64,000 bases of DNA from Deltaproteobacteria bacterium (GCA_033763315.1 JANRKS010000031.1:64001-128000); one strand, 5' to 3'. Numbered from the stretch's first letter, positions 20,672-30,436 are shown. The notes: generated from the sequence alone by a model not told the origin. Numbers and translations are program-made.

Positions 20672-20677
20672 AGATTA
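20672..20677 (-). promoter_or_regulatory. Putative -10 box for the riboswitch-glyA transcript
   Basis: TAATCT immediately 5' of the riboswitch. Confidence 0.4.
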
Positions 20678-20748
20678 GCCGAAAGTCCAGCCGATGACCC
20701 GTGCCGAGGGGTGGCAAAAGCAGAAATTTTTTGCGCCCCCAACCCGGC

Positions 20749-20967
20749 CTAAAGGTGGCCAGCGAGCTTGTCGACCTGGTCAAACAGGGCCAGGGGGTGT
20801 GCCGCGGCGAGATGGCATCCCTGAAGGTGGCGTAAAGACGGCCGCCGTTAGAAGATTGCGCCCTTATGCAAGTGGTCTAGGAACATCTGCAGAGGCCAAA
20901 CTTCGAAGCCGTCGTAGCTTAGCCTCTCGGTGCCTAAGTAAACGCCAAGGCTTTTGGCCACCTTCAG
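20749..20967. repeat. Three copies of CTRAAGGTGGC, including a perfect 11-bp inverted pair (20821-20831 / 20957-20967)
   Basis: ctaaaggtggc at 20749 (+), ctgaaggtggc at 20821 (+), gccaccttcag at 20957 (reverse complement). Confidence 0.6.
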
Positions 20968-21067
20968 CGCTTTTTTCTCCGCTAAAGAGCGAACGGGTTT
21001 GCACTTCGACCGGCCGCCCGCTCACTTCGCGCAGCCAATCGGCGTGCTGTTGACGCCGGCATTTGCC

Positions 21068-21979
21068 TCACCCCTTCAGCATCGAGAAGGTTAGTTCGAG
21101 GCGGCTTTCCACCGCGCGCATGACGCTGGGCATTTCGTCTTCGGAGAAGCCGAGGATCTTAGCCAGCTCACGGGCCATGATGACTTTGACGTGCTCCCGC
21201 GCTTCTTGAATCCAGCGTGCGATGGTGCCGCGATGCACGCCGTAGGTCTTCCCCAGGTCTTCGGGGCTCCATCCTTCGGCGAACCGAAGCCTCAACAAAT
21301 TGCGCTGGCGAGACGACAACAATGATAAGGCGGTGCGCAAGGCCACTTGAGCCGCGGCCGAATGCTCGTTCTTGGCGGCCTCATCCTCCGGCCCTAGCGC
21401 CAGATCCACCAATCGATCGGCCGCGTGCTCCGGTGCCGCGGCTGATTCTTTGCGCTTGAGCTCCAACGCCAGGCGCACCGAGATGACGCGAATCCATCCG
21501 CCCAGGGGACCTCTGGCGCTGTAGGACGCCATGCGGGGTGGGCCCCCTCCGGGGCTGCGCACGAACAGCCGCTCACGCAGCACCTGCACCAATTCGTCCG
21601 CGAACGTGGGAGAGGCGTCAATGCGCTTAATAAACTGAGGTACCTCGCGCAAAGCCGTTCGTTCCACGCTGGCGATGGCCTCGGGGTCGCCGTCCACGCA
21701 GGCGGCTGCCAGCGCCCAATCCTTGGCGAACGCCGGGTCGGGCATGCCCCGTTCCAACCTCATCTCGCCTGGGGACGTGTCTGCAAGGGCGTCAGCCTCC
21801 AGCTCACCCGCGGGCGCTGGGGCCCCGGGCTCTTCGGGTGCCGCATCGGCTGTGTCGAACTGGGCCGCCTCGGCTTGCGCAAGTCTATCGCGGTGGCGCG
21901 CCAGCATCGACGCGTCGAATCGCACCAACGGGAAGGCCTGTTGGGCCTCAATTAGGATATTGTTAATGGTTTGGTGCAC
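21068..21979 (-). CDS. ECF-like sigma-70 factor, Myxococcales type
   Basis: DWALAAACVDGDPEA..DELVQVLRERL..YSARGPLGGWIRV; region 4 LSSRQRNLLRLRF..YGVHRGTIARWI. The start is uncertain (21979 or 22027). Confidence 0.85.
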   Translation of the reverse strand: MHQTINNILIEAQQAFPLVRFDASMLARHRDRLAQAEAAQFDTADAAPEEPGAPAPAGELEADALADTSPGEMRLERGMPDPAFAKDWALAAACVDGDPEAIASVERTALREVPQFIKRIDASPTFADELVQVLRERLFVRSPGGGPPRMASYSARGPLGGWIRVISVRLALELKRKESAAAPEHAADRLVDLALGPEDEAAKNEHSAAAQVALRTALSLLSSRQRNLLRLRFAEGWSPEDLGKTYGVHRGTIARWIQEAREHVKVIMARELAKILGFSEDEMPSVMRAVESRLELTFSMLKG

Positions 21980-22044
21980 AGCCAAGCGAGAGAAAGCTAT
22001 CACAAAGCGCCCCGCGTGATGTACCACTAACTCCCACCGGTTCC

Positions 22045-23109
22045 ATGGCCTGCCCTACAGAATTTTCCCTGCTGCAGTTCCTAGAAGGAAAACTTCGGGA
22101 AGCCGCGCTGGTTCGGCTTGAGGCGCACCTTGACAACTGCGGCACCTGTCGCGAGGTGTTGGCCCACCTAAAAGACCGTCGCCTCTTGCCCGGCGATTCT
22201 TCTGGCAAGGGGTGGTTGCACTGGGAAGGGTCATCGATTGTACCCGGCACCGTTGTGGCTGAACGTTATTTGGCGGTGCGGTTCATTGGCCGCGGTGGCA
22301 TGGGCGAAGTTTATGAAGTGGAGGATCGGCTGCTGGGCACGCACGTGGCCTTGAAGACCGTGCCCAAGAACAGCACCGAGGCCGAGGGCGCCGCGCGCCG
22401 AGTGCGCCGCGAAGTTTTGTTGTCTCGCAAGGTCACCCATCCCAATGTGTGCCGCGTGTTCGACATCGGCAGGCACGAAGCCGCGCTGTTCTTGACCATG
22501 GAGCTGCTTAACGGCGAGACGTTGCGGCAGTTTCTGAAGATCAATGGACCCATGTCCACAGATGCGGCGGCCCGTGTGGTTGAGCCCTTGATCAGTGGCT
22601 TGGCGGCTGCGCACGCGGCAGGCATCATTCACCGCGACTTCAAGTGCGAGAACATCATGATGATTCGCTCGGAGCTTGGTTTGCGGCCCGTGATCACAGA
22701 CTTTGGCTTGGCCCGCAACCTCGCGTCCCCGGATGCCACACGCGACACCTTCGCGGGGATGTTTGTGGGCACGCTGCTTTACGCCGCGCCGGAACAGCTC
22801 AAAGGCACACCCGTCACAGAAGCAACGGATGTTTATTCACTGGGGCTGACGATGTACCAGATGCTTTCCGGCGGAAAGCTACCGCACCCGTCGCAACTGC
22901 CCGCCGAAGTGGCGCAGGCGCGCCTTGAACAACCCGCGCGATCGATCCGGGACGTGCGACCCGACGTTGATGCGATTTGGTGCCAAGTGATCTCGCGTTG
23001 CTTGGAGCGCGACCCTGCGCTTCGCTATCAAACGGTGCGTGCGGTGTCCCGTGATCTGTTTGGCACATACGCGCCGCGCGCGTCAGTGGATCCCGAACGC
23101 TCTTCGTGA
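22045..23109 (+). CDS. Ser/Thr kinase with N-terminal zf-HC2 (anti-sigma-type zinc finger)
   Basis: EAHLDNCGTC; GRGGMG; VALK; HRDFKCEN; DFGLAR; APEQ; the protein ends right after the kinase domain. Confidence 0.9.
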   Translation: MACPTEFSLLQFLEGKLREAALVRLEAHLDNCGTCREVLAHLKDRRLLPGDSSGKGWLHWEGSSIVPGTVVAERYLAVRFIGRGGMGEVYEVEDRLLGTHVALKTVPKNSTEAEGAARRVRREVLLSRKVTHPNVCRVFDIGRHEAALFLTMELLNGETLRQFLKINGPMSTDAAARVVEPLISGLAAAHAAGIIHRDFKCENIMMIRSELGLRPVITDFGLARNLASPDATRDTFAGMFVGTLLYAAPEQLKGTPVTEATDVYSLGLTMYQMLSGGKLPHPSQLPAEVAQARLEQPARSIRDVRPDVDAIWCQVISRCLERDPALRYQTVRAVSRDLFGTYAPRASVDPERSS

Positions 23110-23121
23110 CATCTTGCCCGC

Positions 23122-25338
23122 ATGCGGGCCATGGCTGTTTTTGCGAGTTACTTGCGTAGGTGGGTGCCGTTCGGGCTTTTGTCGCGCACGAAGCCACGGC
23201 ACTACCGCACGATGCTGCAAGTGTTGTGGGACAACCGCGGCCGTTGGGCCTATGCGCTTCGCATCTTGCGCCACGGCGTGTGTGATGGTTGCTCGTTAGG
23301 ACCGCGCGGGTTGCGCGACGATGTGATCCCGGGCGTGCATTTGTGTCTCACGCGGTTGACGCTGTTGCGCCTAAACACGATGGGGCCGTTGCCTAAAGGC
23401 ATGCACGCCGATGTCAGCGAACTGCGTAAGCTTTCGAATGAGCAGTTGCATCGTCTGGGGCGTGTGCCGTATCCGCTGTTGCGTCGCAAGGGCGAAGCGG
23501 GTTTCTCTCGCGTTTCCTGGGACGAAGCTTTGTCGCTGGTGGCTTCACGCTGGCAAGCCGCCGATCCCGATCGCGTGGGCGTCTTTGTCACAAGCCGCGG
23601 GTTAACCAACGAAACCTATTACACCGTGCAAAAGCTGGCGCGCATCGCAGGTACACCGCACGTGGACACCTGCGCACGTTTGTGTCACGCGGCGTCCAGC
23701 GTCGGACTCAAAGACACGATCGGGTTTGCCGCCCCCACCTTATCTCTTAAAGACTGGATCGGCGCTGAGCTGATCGTGGTCATCGGCAGCAACCTGCCCA
23801 ACAACCAGCCCGTTTCAACGAAATACCTGCACGCCGCGCGCAAGGCAGGCGCCAAGATCGTGGTGGTGAATCCCTTCAAAGAGCCATCGATGGAGAGGTA
23901 TTGGATCCCCAGTTTGCTGGGATCGTCTCTGTTCGGCTCGCGGTTAATGGATGAATTCTTTGGCGTGCGGCCTGGTGGCGACATTGCATTCTGCATGGGC
24001 GTGCTCAAAGCGTTGGATGAAGATGGCGGGTGGGATGAAGCTTTCATTGCGGCGCGCACGCACGGCGCAGATGACTTGCGTGCGGCTTGCAAGGCACAAT
24101 CATGGGCGTCGTTGGCCGACGATGCCGGGCTGCCTGAATCCGAAATGCGTCGCTTCGCCACCATGTACAAGAGCGCCAAAAAAGTCGTTTTTGTATACTC
24201 CATGGGCCTCACGCAGTATCAGTTTGGTGTCGACAACGTAAAGATGGTGGTCAACCTCGCGTTGGCCCGCGGGATGATCGGCAAGCCCAACACGGGCATC
24301 ATGCCCATCCGCGGGCACTCAGGCGTGCAGGGCTCTGCCGAATGTGGCGCCGATCCCGACAAGCTGCCAGGCGCGTTGCCGCTGAACAAAGCGAACATCG
24401 AACGTTTTGAAACAGCGTGGAACCATCCCATACCGCACAAGCCCGGCATGCGCGCCGCTCATTTGCTCGACCGTGCCGGCGCCACCGGCCTCGATGTGCT
24501 TTATATGGTGGGCGGAAATCATCTGGAGACGATGCCCGATCGGGATCACGCGCAACGCGCTTTGCAGGCCGTGAGGTTGCGCGTGCATCAAGACATCGTC
24601 CTGAACACGTCGACGTTGCTCGACGCCGAAGAAGCGGTGCTGGTGTTGCCCGCACAAACGAGGTACGAGCAGGCCAGCGGTGGCACAAGCACGTCCACTG
24701 AACGGCGCATTCGGTTTACACCTGAAATCCCCGGGCCTCGCATCGAGGAAGCCAAGCCTGAGTGGCAGATCCCCTGTTTGATCGGTTTGGCATTGCGGCC
24801 AGGGCGCCACGATCTATTCGGTTATGCCGACACCGCCGCGATTCGCGATGAGATGGGTGCCTTGATCCCGATGTATGCGGGCATCGAGACGCTCAAGCGC
24901 GAAGGCGATTGGGTGCAGTGGGGCGGTCCGCAACTCGGCGGCACTTCGTTTGGCACCGAAGATGGCAAAGCGATCTTTAGTTGTGTGCCGGTTCCGCGTG
25001 TTGAAGTGCCCGAGGGCGCTTTCTTGTTGAGCATGCGCCGGGGCAAGCAGTTCAACTCGATGACGTTCGGCCCCAAGGATCCGCTTTCGCAGGATCGCGG
25101 GCGCAACGCCATATTCTGTGAGGCAAGCGATCTAGCGGCGCTTGGCCTTCGTGAGGGAGCCAGCGTGCGTGTGCGCAGCCCGCACGGTGAGCTTGAGGGC
25201 GTCTGCTACGCGGGGCCTTGCCGCAAAGGGCACGTGCAGGCGTATTGGCCCGAGGGCAACGTATTGCTATCGCGTGTGTATGATCCTGTGTCGGGCGAGC
25301 CCGACTACAAAACGGTCGTCACACTCACAGCCGTGTAG
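23122..25338 (+). CDS. FdhF/YdeP-family molybdopterin oxidoreductase
   Basis: CDGCSLG..HLC; TSRGLTNETYY; DTCARLCHAAS; PIRGHSGVQG; RRGKQFNSM; YDPVSGEPDY. Confidence 0.9.
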   Translation: MRAMAVFASYLRRWVPFGLLSRTKPRHYRTMLQVLWDNRGRWAYALRILRHGVCDGCSLGPRGLRDDVIPGVHLCLTRLTLLRLNTMGPLPKGMHADVSELRKLSNEQLHRLGRVPYPLLRRKGEAGFSRVSWDEALSLVASRWQAADPDRVGVFVTSRGLTNETYYTVQKLARIAGTPHVDTCARLCHAASSVGLKDTIGFAAPTLSLKDWIGAELIVVIGSNLPNNQPVSTKYLHAARKAGAKIVVVNPFKEPSMERYWIPSLLGSSLFGSRLMDEFFGVRPGGDIAFCMGVLKALDEDGGWDEAFIAARTHGADDLRAACKAQSWASLADDAGLPESEMRRFATMYKSAKKVVFVYSMGLTQYQFGVDNVKMVVNLALARGMIGKPNTGIMPIRGHSGVQGSAECGADPDKLPGALPLNKANIERFETAWNHPIPHKPGMRAAHLLDRAGATGLDVLYMVGGNHLETMPDRDHAQRALQAVRLRVHQDIVLNTSTLLDAEEAVLVLPAQTRYEQASGGTSTSTERRIRFTPEIPGPRIEEAKPEWQIPCLIGLALRPGRHDLFGYADTAAIRDEMGALIPMYAGIETLKREGDWVQWGGPQLGGTSFGTEDGKAIFSCVPVPRVEVPEGAFLLSMRRGKQFNSMTFGPKDPLSQDRGRNAIFCEASDLAALGLREGASVRVRSPHGELEGVCYAGPCRKGHVQAYWPEGNVLLSRVYDPVSGEPDYKTVVTLTAV

Positions 25339-25550
25339 CACCTGTTCGTGACGACTTAACCGCGCGAAGACGTCGCGTGCAAAGTAAGCGGCAGGAAACG
25401 CAAAACGCTTTGCGGTTTCGAACCACTGCAGCCAGCGATACTCAAAGTTAATCGCGGCGTACGAACGATTGAAACCGAAACGACGGTACCTTCTGTTCAT
25501 AGGTTTGGCAGTTCACAACCCTGAACAACCCAGCAAATGAACGGAAGGTC

Positions 25551-26789
25551 ATGGGAAATCGTCAATACACTTATCGAAGCAAACTGTTTAGCGCCTTGTC
25601 AGCTGCTTGTGCTTTGGGAATCGCAACGGCTGCGGTGGCCGCGGATTACCCCACCGCTAAGGTTAACACCACGGGACTGGCTGTCACCGATACCGAAGTC
25701 ACGGTGGGCCAGCTGCACAGCGCCACTGGCACGATGGCGATTAGCGAAACGGGGTCGATACAAGCAGAGCGGCTGGCGATCGATCAGATAAACGCATCGG
25801 GTGGCATTCTTGGGCGGAAGATAAAGATCATTCAGGAAGACGGCGCCAGCGACTGGCCGACCTTTGCAGAGAAGGCGAAGAAGCTACTTATAAGTGATAA
25901 GGTGGCCACAGTGTTTGGCTGTTGGACGTCAGCCTCACGCAAGGCCGTTTTGCCTGTGTTTGAGAAGGAAAACGGGTTGCTTTACTACCCCACTTTCTAC
26001 GAGGGGCTGGAGCAATCAAAGAACGTCTTCTACACGGGACAAGAAGCTACACAGCAAATCTTGGCTGGCCTTGACTGGCTTGTGAAGGAGAAGAAAGCGA
26101 AGACATTTTTCCTCATTGGATCGGACTACATTTGGCCCCGCACTTCGAACAAGATCGCACGCAAACACATCGAGAACGTTCTAAAGGGCACCGTTGTTGG
26201 CGAGGAGTATTACCCGCTTGGTCACACGCAATTCGGATCGCTGATCAACAAGATAAAGTTGAAAAAGCCTGATGCGATCTACGCGATCGTCGTGGGGGGA
26301 AGCAACGTTTCCTTCTATAAGCAGCTCAAAGCGGCGGGGGTCACGTCAGCCAAGCAAACATTGCTCACCATCTCGGTTACCGAAGACGAGCTGCTCGGTA
26401 TCGGCGGTGAAAACATGGTGGGCTTCTATGCGGCGATGAAATACTTCCAAAGCTTGGATAACCCCAACAACAAGAAGTTCGTAGAGGCCTTTAAAGCGAA
26501 ATACGGCGCCAAGTCCGTCATCGGCGACGTGACACAGGCTGGCTACCTTGGTCCTTGGCTGTGGAAGGCGGCGGTCGAGAAAGCGGGAAGCTTCGATGTC
26601 GATAAGGTTGTGGCGGCATCGCCAAACATCGAATTGAAAACTGCGCCCGAAGGTTACGTGAAGTTGCACCCAAACCATCACCTGTGGAGCAAGCTTCGCA
26701 TCGGCCAGGTTGAGCTGAACGGCCAGTTCAAGGTGCTCTACGAATCGGGGCTCATCGAGCCTAACCCGTTTCCCAAGGGCTACCAGTAG
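25551..26789 (+). CDS. urtA: Urea/short-chain amide ABC transporter substrate-binding protein
   Basis: LHSATGTMAISE; EDGASDWPTFAEKA; FGCWTSASRKAV; YEGLEQS. Confidence 0.93.
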   Translation: MGNRQYTYRSKLFSALSAACALGIATAAVAADYPTAKVNTTGLAVTDTEVTVGQLHSATGTMAISETGSIQAERLAIDQINASGGILGRKIKIIQEDGASDWPTFAEKAKKLLISDKVATVFGCWTSASRKAVLPVFEKENGLLYYPTFYEGLEQSKNVFYTGQEATQQILAGLDWLVKEKKAKTFFLIGSDYIWPRTSNKIARKHIENVLKGTVVGEEYYPLGHTQFGSLINKIKLKKPDAIYAIVVGGSNVSFYKQLKAAGVTSAKQTLLTISVTEDELLGIGGENMVGFYAAMKYFQSLDNPNNKKFVEAFKAKYGAKSVIGDVTQAGYLGPWLWKAAVEKAGSFDVDKVVAASPNIELKTAPEGYVKLHPNHHLWSKLRIGQVELNGQFKVLYESGLIEPNPFPKGYQ

Positions 26790-26844
26790 AGCTTGTTCAC
26801 CGATCGTGAGGCGCGGCGTTTCAACCTAGAAAGGTTTGGGCAAC

Positions 26845-27762
26845 ATGACGTCCATGTCAGATCTGTTCTCCATCTTGATCATGCAGGGCTTTAACGGACT
26901 CAGTTCGTTCTGCGTCTTGCTCCTCATGGCCTTGGGTCTAGCCATCATCTTCGGCCAAATGGGCGTCATCAATATGGCCCATGGCGAATTCCTCACGATC
27001 GGTGCCTACACAACGTTTGTACTATCAGAAGTGAGCCAGCGTTGGGCGCACTGGATGCAAGGCTCGTATTTCATCGTCGCGGTCGCGGTGTCGTTCGTGA
27101 TCGCGGCCGCGGTTGGCTTGTTGGTGGAACACCTAATGATTCGGCATCTATACCGACGGCCGCTTGACACCTTGCTGGCCACCTGGGGCTTGAGCCTTAT
27201 CATGCAGCAGATCTTTCGGTCCACGTTCGGGGCCAAGGAAGTAAGCGCCACACTTCCCGACTGGCTCATGGGCTCGGTGCAACCGACGCCGACCATCGAC
27301 ATCCCCATTAACGGTCTGTTGATGATGGGGCTCACCTTGCTGATGACCATGATTGTGTTTATTGGCCTATTCAAAACACGTTGGGGTGTTTGGGTGCGTG
27401 CCACCACACAGAATCGCATCATGGCCGGCGCCGCTGGCATCAACACGCGGAAGATTGATCGCTACGCCTTCGGCCTGGGCTGCGGCCTGGCCGGTATGGC
27501 GGGCGCAGCGTTTACCACCATCGGCTCGACAGGACCAACAAGCGGCTCTATGTACATTGTCGATACCTTCCTCGTGGTCGTCTTTGGTGGTGCGCAAAGT
27601 TTGATTGGCTGCATCGCTTCGGCCTTCAGCATCGCGCAAGCCCAGTCCACCGCAGAATTCTTCTTAACCGGTTCAACGGCAAAGGTTCTCACTTTGCTAA
27701 CCGTCATCGTCATCTTGATGTTGAGGCCCCAAGGGCTGTTCAGCATCCGCGTGCGGAGGTAA
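26845..27762 (+). CDS. urtB: Urea/amide ABC transporter permease
   Basis: LGLAIIFGQMGVINMAHGEF; RPLDTLLATWG. Confidence 0.92.
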   Translation: MTSMSDLFSILIMQGFNGLSSFCVLLLMALGLAIIFGQMGVINMAHGEFLTIGAYTTFVLSEVSQRWAHWMQGSYFIVAVAVSFVIAAAVGLLVEHLMIRHLYRRPLDTLLATWGLSLIMQQIFRSTFGAKEVSATLPDWLMGSVQPTPTIDIPINGLLMMGLTLLMTMIVFIGLFKTRWGVWVRATTQNRIMAGAAGINTRKIDRYAFGLGCGLAGMAGAAFTTIGSTGPTSGSMYIVDTFLVVVFGGAQSLIGCIASAFSIAQAQSTAEFFLTGSTAKVLTLLTVIVILMLRPQGLFSIRVRR

Positions 27763-27766
27763 CTGG

Positions 27767-28957
27767 ATGGGATCTTCCTGGCAAGCTCGCTTGACTAAGG
27801 TCACGAGCAATAAAGAACTAACGTCGTTTCTGATTCTAGCCGCGTTGCTTTTGGTTGTGTTCCCATTGAGCATGGGAATCTTCCGCCTCAACTTGGTCGG
27901 GAAATATCTAACCTATGCGTTCGTGGCCATGGGGCTTGTGATCTCCTGGGGCTACGGTGGCATCCTCAGCCTGGGTCAGGGCGTGTTTTTCGGTTTGGGT
28001 GGCTACTGTATGGCCATGTTTTTGAAACTCGAAGCGTCGGACCCGGTGGCCACGGCAATTCAATCCACGCCAGGCATTCCCGATTTTATGGACTGGAACC
28101 AGCTAACGGCGCTTCCGTTCTTTTGGGTGCCCTTCAAGAGCCTTGCCCTGTCGCTCATCGCTGTGCCACTGGTGCCGGCGCTGTTGGCCCTATTGGTGGG
28201 CGTGGCGATGTTCAAGCGCCGTGTGGGCGGTGTGTACTTTGCGATCATCACTCAAGCGATCGCGGCCATCTTATCGATCCTGATCATCGGTCAGCAAGGG
28301 TACACGGGTGGCGTCAACGGCATCACGGATCTTAAGACGATGCATGGCTGGGACATTCGGACGGATTCAGCTAAGTATGTGCTCTATTTCGTTAACGCAT
28401 TCCTACTTCTGGGCGCGGCTCTGGTTACCACGGGTATGCTCAAAAGCAAACTCGGCCGCTTGTTGGTTGCGATGCGCGACAAAGAGGACCGCGTCCGCTT
28501 CTCTGGTTACGACGTTGCAAATCTGAAGACCTTTGCCTTCGTTTTTGCTGCGGTGTTGTCCGCCCTTGGCGGTGCCATGTTCACATTGCAGGTTGGCTTT
28601 ATGTCGCCGTCATTTGTCGGCATCGTGCCATCCATCGAAATGGTCATTTGTGCGGCGGTTGGCGGTCGCGATTCGGTGCTGGGCGCGGTCTACGGAACGT
28701 TGATCGTCAACTTCGGCAAGACGTTCTTCTCTGAACGGTTTCCGGAGCTGTGGCTGTTCCTGATCGGCGCTCTTTTCATTGCGGTGGTGTTGGTGTTCCC
28801 CAACGGCTTGGCTGGACTCAACCGCGAGGGCATACGCAAAAGCTGGAGCGGCGCGCGCAAACGCATCCTGGGGTTGCGGGACCGCTGGCGACGAAGTTCA
28901 TCTTCTGACGCCATGCCGCCCGCGGTGAAGCAAGACGTGAAGGAGGCGATGCGATGA
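27767..28957 (+). CDS. urtC: Urea/amide ABC transporter permease
   Basis: WGYGGILSLGQGVFFGLGGY; PDFMDWN; GVYFAIITQA; RDKEDRVRFSGY. Confidence 0.92.
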   Translation: MGSSWQARLTKVTSNKELTSFLILAALLLVVFPLSMGIFRLNLVGKYLTYAFVAMGLVISWGYGGILSLGQGVFFGLGGYCMAMFLKLEASDPVATAIQSTPGIPDFMDWNQLTALPFFWVPFKSLALSLIAVPLVPALLALLVGVAMFKRRVGGVYFAIITQAIAAILSILIIGQQGYTGGVNGITDLKTMHGWDIRTDSAKYVLYFVNAFLLLGAALVTTGMLKSKLGRLLVAMRDKEDRVRFSGYDVANLKTFAFVFAAVLSALGGAMFTLQVGFMSPSFVGIVPSIEMVICAAVGGRDSVLGAVYGTLIVNFGKTFFSERFPELWLFLIGALFIAVVLVFPNGLAGLNREGIRKSWSGARKRILGLRDRWRRSSSSDAMPPAVKQDVKEAMR

Positions 28958-29712
28958 GTGCAGCAGCAGACGTGGTCAACGACTTTGTGCTTTCTGTCGA
29001 AGGACTCACCGTTTCGTTTGATGGCTTCAAAGCCGTGGACGACTTGTCGTTTTACATAGAGCGTGACGAGGTGCGCGCCATCATCGGACCCAACGGCGCC
29101 GGCAAGACGACGGTGCTCGACCTTATATCAGGACGCACACGGGCCTCGCGCGGCAGCGTGACTTTTTCAGGCAAGGAGCTGACGTCAATGCGCGAACACG
29201 AAATTGTCCGCGCTGGCGTCGGTCGAAAATTTCAAACCCCTTCGGTGTTTGAGTCGCTCACCGTGTTTGAGAACCTTGAGATGTCGTATCCGTCCGGCCG
29301 CGGCGCGCTCACAGCATGGGCCTTCAGGCGGACACCAAAGGTCATCGCGAAGGTGGAGGAGATCGCGGAACTGATCGACATGAAGGATCGCCTCTCTGAG
29401 GAGGCGGGCCAACTAAGCCATGGTCAAAAGCAATGGCTGGAGATCGGCATGCTGCTTATCCAAGAGCCGATGTTGATGATGCTGGATGAGCCGGTGGCCG
29501 GCATGAGTGTGGGCGAGCGTGAACGCACCGCCCTGTTGCTCAAGCGCATCAGCAAGGGCCGCGCCCTGCTGGTTGTCGAGCACGATATGGAGTTTGTGGC
29601 GCAGATCGCGAACCGTGTGACGGTTCTTCACCAAGGCAAATGGCTGGCCGAAGGAAGGATGGAAACTGTGCAACAAGACCCGAAGGTCATCGAGGTCTAT
29701 CTCGGCCACTAG
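28954..29712 (+). CDS. urtD: Urea/amide ABC transporter ATP-binding protein
   Basis: VSFDGFKA; GPNGAGKTT; GRKFQTP; LSHGQKQWLEIG; EVYLG. Confidence 0.93.
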   Translation: MSAAADVVNDFVLSVEGLTVSFDGFKAVDDLSFYIERDEVRAIIGPNGAGKTTVLDLISGRTRASRGSVTFSGKELTSMREHEIVRAGVGRKFQTPSVFESLTVFENLEMSYPSGRGALTAWAFRRTPKVIAKVEEIAELIDMKDRLSEEAGQLSHGQKQWLEIGMLLIQEPMLMMLDEPVAGMSVGERERTALLLKRISKGRALLVVEHDMEFVAQIANRVTVLHQGKWLAEGRMETVQQDPKVIEVYLGH

Positions 29713-29737
29713 GATTGGCCACGAAGGAAGGCGAACG

Positions 29738-30436
29738 GTGGAAACGCAATTGTTGAAAGTGGACGGTATCAAAGTTGGGTACGGGCAAAGCGAGGTGATT
29801 CCGCAGCTGTCGTTTGGCGTGAGCACCAACGAGATCGTTGCCATCATGGGCCGCAACGGCATGGGCAAAACCACTTTGTTCAAAGCGCTGATGGGAATCT
29901 TACCCGCGCGCGCCGGCACGATCGTTCTTGGCGGCAAAGACGTCACCAAAGCCGAGCCGTTCGAGCGGGTAGGAGCTGGGATCGCCTATGTGCCGCAAGG
30001 TCGCATGATCTTCCCAACGCTAACGGTTGAAGACAACATAAAAACGGGACTGCGGACGGCGAAGGAAGGGATTTCTCCCAAGATCTACGAGATCTTCCCT
30101 GTGCTTAAAGAGATGCGGCATCGCCGCGGTGGCAACCTTTCCGGTGGCCAACAACAGCAGCTGGCGATTGCGCGTGCCTTGGCCAGCAACCCGAAAGTCT
30201 TGCTGCTTGATGAGCCTACAGAAGGCATCCAGCCTTCCATCATAAAGGAACTGGCGGAGGTGCTTAAGCGCATTCGCACTGAACAAGGCCTGACCATCGT
30301 TGTGTCAGAGCAGGTCCTCAGCTTTGCCATGTCGGTGGCCGATCGCTTGCTGGTGCTCGACCGGGGCCGCGTGGTTCACGAGAGCCCGCGTGAAGCCGTT
30401 GACGTTGCCAGCATGGGCCGCTTGCTTTCGATTTGA
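29738..30436 (+). CDS. urtE: Urea/amide ABC transporter ATP-binding protein
   Basis: GRNGMGKTT; YVPQGRMIF; LSGGQQQQLAIAR; DEPTEGIQPSII. Confidence 0.93.
   Translation: METQLLKVDGIKVGYGQSEVIPQLSFGVSTNEIVAIMGRNGMGKTTLFKALMGILPARAGTIVLGGKDVTKAEPFERVGAGIAYVPQGRMIFPTLTVEDNIKTGLRTAKEGISPKIYEIFPVLKEMRHRRGGNLSGGQQQQLAIARALASNPKVLLLDEPTEGIQPSIIKELAEVLKRIRTEQGLTIVVSEQVLSFAMSVADRLLVLDRGRVVHESPREAVDVASMGRLLSI

Noticed and set aside
8829-20678. Long antisense ORFs such as 8829-9971, 15653-16846 and 19644-20678
   Set aside because: Shadow frames of well-supported genes, as expected at high GC.
20821-20967. MITE or 6S RNA
   Set aside because: There is no target-site duplication and no second copy in the window; the fold lacks a convincing symmetric central bubble.
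20915-20986. Glycine riboswitch-like words on the minus strand (GGAGA..GCGCTGAAGG..TTAGGC) upstream of glyA
   Set aside because: P2 is missing, the UCUCAGG core is not matched, and glyA has its own -10 box next to the ZTP aptamer. Kept only as an unexplained structured element.
20694-21053. 119-aa plus-strand ORF in the intergenic region
   Set aside because: No recognisable motif or RBS; it looks like a chance GC-rich ORF.
25500-25525. Sigma54 promoter before urtA (TTGGCA)
   Set aside because: No GC at the required -12 spacing.
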